DNA of 64,000 nucleotides from Clostridia bacterium (GTDB lineage Bacteria > Bacillota > Clostridia > CAKSNL01 > HGM11501): contig JAZQAZ010000020.1 in assembly GCA_045545475.1 (NCBI GenBank), positions 1-64,000 of the forward strand, written 5' to 3'. The position numbers and the translations under genes were made by a program. Positions 58,101 through 64,000 of this stretch are shown one piece after another (positions within the stretch are counted from its first letter, which is position 1; each line of letters opens with the position of its first letter). The notes below the pieces were generated by a model. That model did no database searches and was not told the origin of the DNA. It was given only the letters and a program-made list of their open reading frames with translations.

Positions 58101-59099
58101 TCCGATGAAGTTGCGTTAGACTTCAATAAGCTTCAGCTTGAAATGGTCGAAGATATTGATGAATCCACATCTGTTGTGCTTGCTAAGAATTTTGTGCTTA
58201 CAGGCGAAAAAGCGGTAAATTACATCTTTGCATCAGAAGCTATCGAAACAACGGTTGCCAAAAACAACATTGCAACAGTAGCCGTTACGGCAGACAAGGG
58301 CGAAATCGAAGGCGACGGCACATACCTTTTGGGTGCGGAAGTTACCCTTAAGGCAATTGCTCCCAAAAACTATAAGTTCGCAGGATGGTATCTTGACGGA
58401 GTGAAGTTGTCCGGCGATACGGTTATAACAATAGCACTGACCGAGGATAAGAATCTTACCGCTAAATTTACAAAGAAGAGCACCGGCGGTGGAGGCGGTG
58501 GCGGAACAAGCTACTGCACAGTTAAGTTTGACACCGACGGAGGAAGCACTGTTACATCGTTCAAGGTTGAACATGGTGCCGTCCTTGGCGATGTTACAGC
58601 TCCTACCAAGGAAGGCTATGAATTCGGCGGATGGTTCCTTGATAAAGAATTTACAACCGAAGTTACTGCTGAATCCAAGATAAAGGGTAATATTACTCTC
58701 TATGCACGCTGGGTTGAAAAGGCGAAGAAAGAAATAGTTCTTACAATTGGAGAAAAGGATGCAACTGTATTCGGAGAAGGTAAGGCAAACGATGTTGCAC
58801 CCATTATCAGAAACGACAGAACAATGCTTCCTGCAAGATTTGTCGCAGAGGCACTTGGAGCAACGGTTACATGGAACGAAGAGACAAGAAAGGTTACAAT
58901 AACTAAGGATGAACTCGTAATTATTATTACCATTGATTCCGATAAGGCAACTGTTAACGGCGAGGAAGTAACACTTGATTCTCCGGCATTCATTGAAAAT
59001 GACAGAACATATACCCCTGTAAGATTTGTTGCGGAAGCACTTGGTGCAAATGTTGCATGGGAAGAAGAGACACAGAAGGTAACAATTACCGTAAAATGA
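55119..59099 (+). CDS. Large surface protein: N-terminal cohesin, MBG/YDG and Ig-like (Big_2) repeats, InlB-B-type repeat, C-terminal CuAO_N domain
   Basis: Signal peptide; cohesin-like AGKTVEV...YDEDIL...GEIITLTFTV; TYDG/KTYD units; four MBG plus SSNENVATID (Big_2) pairs; Gly-rich linker; PTKEGYEFGGW; NDRTMLPARFVAEALGA and NDRTYTPVRFVAEALGA. Confidence 0.82.
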   Translation: MKKILSAILSVLMIISLVPATAFAAAADAVITIVAGEAYAGKTVEVSISIDTEKEWSSLGFILDYDEDILVYDRVSYGEVAEKNLFGKENVYDPSTSYVAVGFASAQATSGEIITLTFTVDEDAEEGDVYVSATEINFEYDTLTAEASSDAVSVKRYNFTGLTLKGATYTYDGSEKEILVTGTLPEGAEVDYEDNKGTDAGTYKAKAIVTKKGYNTLNLSADLVIKPAMLEIKDMSVKDKTYDKTADAEIVEGTLTGIIGDDDVEAVYPENGTFAQVDVKSTAIAVSLDEITLTGEDAGNYTLKQPTGLKAKITKAPITVTADSFELTVGDEIPDLTYKITEGELFGSDDFEGELSTRATTEEEGTFDITKGTFKTTANYDLTFIPGTITVLEKPVQEITVADFEDVTYGDEGFKLNVEEGSKVTASEIVFASSNENVATIDAEGNVTIKNAGETEISVTKAGDDTYAAFNWKKTLKVNKVEITVNAESGQGKRIGNDDPELLYTYEGELVGDDAFTGVLTRKSGETIGFYDILIGTLTLGDNYNITFNSAKFEIADKVAQDITVETIGTKTYGDEPFAIEVTEGLVVSGEDIVYESSNENVAVIEDGVITIKGTGYTYITVSKRGDGTHKDFSDKQKLTVAKGNITVDVVEGQYKRIGTEDPVFEYEYEGKLAEGDEFTGALTRRSGEKVGLYDILIGTLKLNSNYKITFNSAKFEIIDKLRQDVTVDELAEVTYGDEAFKLGVEKGDEVTDSEIIFASSNEDVATIDAEGNITIKNAGVTEISVTKAGNEDYADFSLTQTLKVNKAEIKIIVTPGQSKKVGSDDPVIAYTYEGTLATGDEITGALARKEGEAIGTYPVYIGTLDITNGINYDVKFVSATFEITEKTAQTITLTEIPALTYGDAPYAVTVTKDETANLEAYIYESDNEDVLTIADGVITIKAAGEATIKVTEPGNDEYASGIATQKVTVNKKAILVDSIDLAAKTAVIVGILDSDEVALDFNKLQLEMVEDIDESTSVVLAKNFVLTGEKAVNYIFASEAIETTVAKNNIATVAVTADKGEIEGDGTYLLGAEVTLKAIAPKNYKFAGWYLDGVKLSGDTVITIALTEDKNLTAKFTKKSTGGGGGGGTSYCTVKFDTDGGSTVTSFKVEHGAVLGDVTAPTKEGYEFGGWFLDKEFTTEVTAESKIKGNITLYARWVEKAKKEIVLTIGEKDATVFGEGKANDVAPIIRNDRTMLPARFVAEALGATVTWNEETRKVTITKDELVIIITIDSDKATVNGEEVTLDSPAFIENDRTYTPVRFVAEALGANVAWEEETQKVTITVK

Positions 59100-59107
59100 T
59101 GCACATG

Positions 59108-59139
59108 AAAATGGGCTGTAATTTCTACAGCCCATTTTT
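59108..59139 (+). terminator. Terminator-like hairpin after the large surface protein
   Basis: AAAATGGGCTGTA-ATTTC-TACAGCCCATTTTT. Confidence 0.8.
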
Positions 59140-59166
59140 GAAGGATTGCGTGAAAGGAAGAAAGAA

Positions 59167-59844
59167 ATGAAAAAACTTTTCTGTATAATTGCCGCAATAG
59201 TCCTGGTGTTTGGAATAACTGTGTCTGCAGAGGAAAGTAAAGTTACTGTTATTGGTATGAGTGCAACTGTGGGAAAGCTGGTTGATTTGAGAATTTCTCT
59301 TGCGGGAAACACAGGTCTTGATTCTCTTACGTTAGACTTGGAATATGACTCTTCCGCACTTCTTATGTATGAGATATGTGACACGGGCCTTTTGAAAGGA
59401 GCACATCACGGATATAATGAAGAAGCAGAAGGATTCAGACTTTGCTGGACTGAAGGCGGAAGTGCCGACGGAACAATTGCAATTATTACCTTTATGGTAA
59501 CCGGCAATGCTGAAATAGGAAGCTATGCTGTTACAGCACTTAGTGAAGATGTATCGGTTATCGGAGGATTCGTAAAGGTATGCGAAGATACTCCGGGAGA
59601 TGTTACAGGTGACGGTGTGCTGGATACAGAAGATGCCGAGGCTATATCGGAATATGCGGCAGGATGGAGTGAAACGGAAGTTACATTCGATTCGGGAGAT
59701 ATTAACGGAGACGGTAAAGTAAATCTGCTTGACGCCATTATCGTTGCGAGAAATGCAGCAGGTAAAGTTGGTTATATCATAGATGAAGAATGGGAAAAAG
59801 CAGAAGATACAAATCTTACCGAGCACGATTATGATGAAGAATAA
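59167..59844 (+). CDS. Second secreted cohesin-dockerin protein
   Basis: Signal peptide; cohesin-like VGKLVDLRI...LEYDSSAL...GTIAIITF.V..NAEIGSY; dockerin GDVTGDGVLD.ED / GDINGDGKVNLLD; acidic tail. Confidence 0.75.
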   Translation: MKKLFCIIAAIVLVFGITVSAEESKVTVIGMSATVGKLVDLRISLAGNTGLDSLTLDLEYDSSALLMYEICDTGLLKGAHHGYNEEAEGFRLCWTEGGSADGTIAIITFMVTGNAEIGSYAVTALSEDVSVIGGFVKVCEDTPGDVTGDGVLDTEDAEAISEYAAGWSETEVTFDSGDINGDGKVNLLDAIIVARNAAGKVGYIIDEEWEKAEDTNLTEHDYDEE

Positions 59845-59882
59845 AAAGACATCTGTCATTTTTGACAGATGTCTTTTTTTAT
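59843..59882. terminator. Bidirectional terminator
   Basis: AAAAAGACATCTGTCA-TTTT-TGACAGATGTCTTTTT. Confidence 0.9.
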
Positions 59883-60692
59883 TCCGGTCACAACTCGGTC
59901 GTTTCCGGAAAAATCTTTAAGCACTCGGATGTCGGTGAATAGCGGGGATAAAATGTCTGAAACATCTTTAGCCTGATCAAATCCGATTTCATAGATTAAA
60001 ATTCCGCCGGGATTCAGCGAAGTGAAAGCTTTTTTGGTTATTGTGCGGTAGAAAATAAGGCCGTCATCTCCGCCATCAAGAGCCGTTAAGGGTTCGAAAT
60101 CCTTTACGTTTATGCCGAGGGTGGGAATTACATCGCTCCTTATATATGGCGGATTTGATATAATTGTATCGTATTTTTCTTTAAGGTTTTCATTTAATAT
60201 ATCAACATGGAAAAAGTTTACGAAAGCATTATTTGCCACGGCGTTTTTTTCGGCGATGACAAGTGCTTTTTCGCTTATATCGCAAGCGGAAACGGAAACA
60301 TCTTTTCCGTATTTTGCAATGCTTACGGCGATGGCACCGCTGCCTGTTCCGATGTCAAGGACACTTCCATGGCAGTTATCAATAGCGTATTCCACCAAAA
60401 TTTCTGTGTCGGGACGGGGGATAAGAACGTTTTCGTCCACATAAAAAGGTAACCCCATAAATTCTTTTTCGTTTGTGATGTAGGCAATGGGTTCTTCGGC
60501 TTTTCTGCGTTCAAGATAAGTTTTATACAATTCAAGGGATTCTGTGCTTATTTCTTCATCTCTGTTTCTTAAAAGAAAAAGCCTGTCGCAGTTACAGGCT
60601 TTTTCAAGAAGAATTTTTGAATCAAGTGAGGGTGTTTCGCTTACCTCGGATAATTGCGAGGTCCCCATTATCAAAGCTTCTTTAATTACCAT
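59856..60692 (-). CDS. prmC: Release factor glutamine methyltransferase
   Basis: EPIAYI, VLIPRPDTE, LDIGTGSGAI, SNPPYI, ALDGG.DGL.FYR. Confidence 0.95.
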   Translation of the reverse strand: MVIKEALIMGTSQLSEVSETPSLDSKILLEKACNCDRLFLLRNRDEEISTESLELYKTYLERRKAEEPIAYITNEKEFMGLPFYVDENVLIPRPDTEILVEYAIDNCHGSVLDIGTGSGAIAVSIAKYGKDVSVSACDISEKALVIAEKNAVANNAFVNFFHVDILNENLKEKYDTIISNPPYIRSDVIPTLGINVKDFEPLTALDGGDDGLIFYRTITKKAFTSLNPGGILIYEIGFDQAKDVSDILSPLFTDIRVLKDFSGNDRVVTGIKKDICQK

Positions 60693-61630
60693 TTGTCGCT
60701 TTCTCCTTCTTCGGGAAGTACGGCTGTCATGGCTTTTATTGCCACCTCAATCATTTTATCATCGGGTTCTTTGGTGGTTATTTTCTGAAGCCAAAGCCCC
60801 GGCTTGCTTAAAACTTTCACAATCGGGTTTTCGCTTCTGCCTGCCCATTTGATTATTTCAAAGGAGACGCCGGCGATAAGTGGGAGACATAAAAGCTTTA
60901 TAAGAATACGCTGCCAGACAACGTCAACTTTTACAAACATAAAAACAAGAATGCTGATAATAAGAACGAATACCAAAAAGCTTGTTCCGCATCTGGGATG
61001 AAGGCGGCACTGTTCTCTGCAGTTTTCCACAGTTAACGGCAGGCCTTTTTCGTAACAGGCAATGGTTTTGTGCTCAGCACCGTGATACATGAATACACGC
61101 TTTACATCTTTCTGGAGAGTGCATAAGAGAATGTAGCCGACAAAAATTATAATACGAGATACGCTTTCTGTTATACTTCTTATTGATGCCAATGTGTTTT
61201 CGTCAAGATTTTTGAAAAGAAAGGCGATGCCTTCTCCTATGAGAATGGGGAGAAGAAAGAAAAGTCCCACACTCATGAGTATTGCAAGTACGACCGAAAA
61301 GTATATTACAAAATCTTTTAACTTGTCACCGAATTTGGCTGCGAGCCATTTTTCGAATTTGGACTCTTCTGCACTATCTTCTTCAATATCCACAAATTCA
61401 GCACTCCACATGAGGGCCTTCATACTGGTAACCATGGATTCCACAAAGGAAACCATTCCGCGAATAATAGGGATTTTTTTAAAAATGCTTTTGTTTATAG
61501 TGATGTCCGAAACCTTGAGTTCAATTTCTCCGTCACTTTTTCTTACGGCCATACCCATTTTAGAGGGGCCACGCATCATTATTCCTTCCATAAGGGCACT
61601 TCCGCCGATTGAAGTTTTTTTCTGTTCCAT
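60686..61630 (-). CDS. DUF1385 (YqhQ-like) membrane protein
   Basis: GGSALMEGIMMR, YHGAEHK, HPRCGTSF, LQKITTKEP; adjacent to prmC, as is usual in Clostridia. Confidence 0.9.
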   Translation of the reverse strand: MEQKKTSIGGSALMEGIMMRGPSKMGMAVRKSDGEIELKVSDITINKSIFKKIPIIRGMVSFVESMVTSMKALMWSAEFVDIEEDSAEESKFEKWLAAKFGDKLKDFVIYFSVVLAILMSVGLFFLLPILIGEGIAFLFKNLDENTLASIRSITESVSRIIIFVGYILLCTLQKDVKRVFMYHGAEHKTIACYEKGLPLTVENCREQCRLHPRCGTSFLVFVLIISILVFMFVKVDVVWQRILIKLLCLPLIAGVSFEIIKWAGRSENPIVKVLSKPGLWLQKITTKEPDDKMIEVAIKAMTAVLPEEGESDKW

Positions 61631-61829
61631 AATATTTTCCTTTCATAGTGCTTAATAAGCTTGTTTATTATATCAAATTGCAGAAACATTTTCAAGGGGA
61701 AAATAATAAATCATAAAAAGTTTACATTTGATGATTTTGCAATTGGCTTTTTTGTGGATTTTGTGCAAAGAGATTATAGGTTATTTAGAATAAACAACCA
61801 AAAAAAATTAAAATTTGCTAAAATTTGTG

Positions 61830-61858
61830 TTGATTTTTTGTGCAATATAGTGTATAAT
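61830..61858 (+). promoter_or_regulatory. Sigma-A promoter
   Basis: TTGATT-17 bp-TATAAT, about 110 bp upstream of ATG 61971. Confidence 0.65.
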
Positions 61859-61970
61859 ATGATATACGCCTTTTTACGCTTGTAAAATACTCACAAAATT
61901 ACCATTTTTTGGTAATCAGGAGCGTTTCAAGCGGGCTGCGCGATACTATAAACGTACAGGAGGTTTTAAA

Positions 61971-64000
61971 ATGACGGCAAGAAAAGTTATGGCACTTATA
62001 CTTGCAACGCTTGTTGCGGCAACGGGATTTACCGCAATGGGAGTGCAGGATGTTAAGGCCAGCGCAAGCACTACATTTGAGGCACTTGATTTTGACTACG
62101 ACAGAAACAATGTGTATGCTAATTTCATAGAAAAGCATGCAGACGTAGCAAAACCTGAGGAGGAAATTCTGATATCAGCATCTTCCTTTGTGAGTGCAAA
62201 AAGCTCTGAGGGGATTTTCGCAAGGGAATCCGTTGACGGAGTAGATGATGTTGTTGAATTTTCAGAAGATGTACAGTGGGTTGAATATGAGGTTACGGTG
62301 CCTGTTGCCGGACTTTATAATATCGCCTATATGGTACGCAGCCATGAAAGCATTAAAAATGATATCGAATTCGGTGTTTCGGTTAACGGCGAATATCAAT
62401 ATAACGAAGCAATGACAATTCAGGCATTCCGTGGATTTAAAAATGATGAAACAGGTTTCGAAATTGTCATTGATGAGGAAGGCAATCAGTCTGCTGTGTT
62501 TGCTCAGGATAGAGGCAATGACCTTCGTCCTAAGCAGATTAAAGACATAAAGTGGAGAAATGAGTGGATTGTAGACTCTGCAGGTCTTATTGACGATCCT
62601 TTATATTTCCTTTTGAATGAAGGCGTAAACACAATCCGTTTTGAAACGGTTGGCGAACCTTTCTATATGTCTGGAATTAAACTTACACAGTTTATTCAGC
62701 CTAAAAGCTATAAAGAGGTTTCCGCTGAATATGAGGCAAACGGATATAAGCCGGTAGAATGTCAGATAAAGATTCAGGCAGAAACTGCAAATGAATTTTC
62801 TCATTCTTCTCTTTATCCTCTTTCCGAGAGAAATAATCCTCAGATGGAACCCAGCCATACCAGCAAAACAAGAATCAATGCTGCCGGAGGTTCGAACTGG
62901 GGATCAGCAAGAAGCTGGCTTAAGTGGACATTCAACGCTCCTGAATCAGGACTTTATCAGCTTGCTATAAAGTTTGAACAGAGCGACTATGTTGGTATGT
63001 TTGCCACAAGAAGTCTTAAGATTGACGGCGAATATCCCTTCGCTGAAATGAAATACTTGAGATTCGGTTATGATTCTTCCTGGCAGTTCTTAAGACCTCA
63101 GGATGAAAACGGAGAACCCTACTACATATATCTTGAAAAAGGTGAACATGAACTCCAGCTTACAGTAAGTCTTGGTGAGATGGCTTCCATTGTTGACAGA
63201 CTTACAACAGCTGTATACAGACTTAATAAGGTATATTCTGATATAGTAATGCTGGCATCCACCACTCCTGACCAGTACAGAGACTATTATTATGACAGAA
63301 ATATTCCTACATTGATGAGCGACCTTACCTGGGCAAGAGAAGAACTTTATGATATAAAGGAAGAAATTCTTGCTGTAACAGGAACAGGCTCCAGCCAGAC
63401 CGCAACACTTGAAACTTTCGTTCTTCAGCTTGATGTGCTGATTGAAGATCCCGACGAATTCAATAAGTTGCTTGAATCCTTCAAGAATAATATAGCTTCC
63501 ATCAGCCAGTGGATTATTGATAATAAGAAGCAGCCCATAAAGATTGACTACTTTGTTTTAGGCGGAGCTGAACTTGAACTTGACAGAGCATCTGCAGGTT
63601 TCTTCAAGGGATTCTGGGCAGGCACAAAGTCTTTCTTTGCATCCTTCTTTGAAGACTATGATATTATCGGTGCTGTTTCCGGCGAAGGCAGAAAGGTTAA
63701 GGTATGGGTAAATACCGGTCGTGACCAGATTAATATTATCAACAATATGGTTAACGACGAATTTACTCCCAAGACAGGCATAAACGTGCAGCTTGAGCTT
63801 GTACAGGGTAATATGATTGAGGCAACTCTTGCTAAAAAGGGTCCTGACGTTGCACTTATGATTGCAGCTGACCAGCCTGTTAACTACGCTATCCGTAATG
63901 CTCTTGTAGACCTTTCGGATTTTGAGGGAGAAACAATTGAGTGGATTGATGAAAACGGAAAAACTCAGACCTATGAGGTAAGAGGATTCACTGATGTATT
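61971..64000 (+). CDS. Large extracellular solute-binding protein of a carbohydrate ABC system (3' end beyond the window; absent from the ORF track)
   Basis: AGGAGG RBS; MTARKVMALILATLVAATG signal peptide; beta-sandwich segments (WVEYEVTVPVAGLYNI, WTFNAPESGLY); the same frame later reads VWVNTGRDQ...FTPKTGINVQLELV...GPDVAL, the start of an SBP domain. Confidence 0.85.
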   Translation, partial: MTARKVMALILATLVAATGFTAMGVQDVKASASTTFEALDFDYDRNNVYANFIEKHADVAKPEEEILISASSFVSAKSSEGIFARESVDGVDDVVEFSEDVQWVEYEVTVPVAGLYNIAYMVRSHESIKNDIEFGVSVNGEYQYNEAMTIQAFRGFKNDETGFEIVIDEEGNQSAVFAQDRGNDLRPKQIKDIKWRNEWIVDSAGLIDDPLYFLLNEGVNTIRFETVGEPFYMSGIKLTQFIQPKSYKEVSAEYEANGYKPVECQIKIQAETANEFSHSSLYPLSERNNPQMEPSHTSKTRINAAGGSNWGSARSWLKWTFNAPESGLYQLAIKFEQSDYVGMFATRSLKIDGEYPFAEMKYLRFGYDSSWQFLRPQDENGEPYYIYLEKGEHELQLTVSLGEMASIVDRLTTAVYRLNKVYSDIVMLASTTPDQYRDYYYDRNIPTLMSDLTWAREELYDIKEEILAVTGTGSSQTATLETFVLQLDVLIEDPDEFNKLLESFKNNIASISQWIIDNKKQPIKIDYFVLGGAELELDRASAGFFKGFWAGTKSFFASFFEDYDIIGAVSGEGRKVKVWVNTGRDQINIINNMVNDEFTPKTGINVQLELVQGNMIEATLAKKGPDVALMIAADQPVNYAIRNALVDLSDFEGETIEWIDENGKTQTYEVRGFTDV

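Noticed and set aside
58233-59384. 383-aa antisense ORF, and similar ones such as 11231-11935 (+) and 46787-47320 (-)
   Set aside because: These are shadow frames opposite well-supported genes, with Cys/Ser/Phe-rich composition and no recognisable motifs.
54412-59844. Classical cellulosome scaffoldin locus
   Set aside because: Each protein has only one cohesin. There is no CBM3, and no dockerin-bearing enzyme or GH48/GH9 gene in the window.
59856-61630. prmC without an adjacent prfA as a sign of rearrangement
   Set aside because: DUF1385-prmC is separated from prfA in various Clostridia, and no breakpoint signature is visible.
61859-61970. Riboswitch in the ~105-nt leader of the large SBP gene
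   Set aside because: Only a short hairpin is visible (ATTACCA-TTTT-TGGTAAT-like), and I recognise no aptamer consensus.

Overview
64 kb of chromosomal DNA from a low-GC, probably spore-forming Clostridia-type anaerobe. The evidence is clostridial-order rnfCDGEAB, a BclA-like collagen, cohesin/dockerin and copper-amine-oxidase-N (CuAO_N) surface proteins, sigma-A promoters and a lysine riboswitch. Most of the window is housekeeping and metabolism: a redox/nitrosative-stress cluster, carD-ispD-ispF-tRNA-Leu(TAG), several signal-peptide-less glycosidases (GH36, GH78, GH37, GH77, GH3, GH127, GH28), rhaA, a polar amino-acid ABC transporter, TopB, an unpartnered type II topoisomerase B subunit and prmC. 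I see no CRISPR array, prophage, integrase or transposase gene. Four signals stand out. (1) A three-gene cohesin-dockerin surface cluster with no enzyme domains (54412-59844). (2) A 466-bp MITE-like element with terminal inverted repeats (24078-24543), whose empty site is visible 2 kb downstream in a duplicated terminator-plus-promoter module. (3) Tandem modules behind tRNA-Leu that repeat the tRNA 3' end and terminator and carry an antisense T-arm motif and GAA-triloop mini-hairpins. (4) A siroheme-type reductase that overlaps a FecBCD-type importer. Family assignments come from motif recognition by eye, and no database searches were run.
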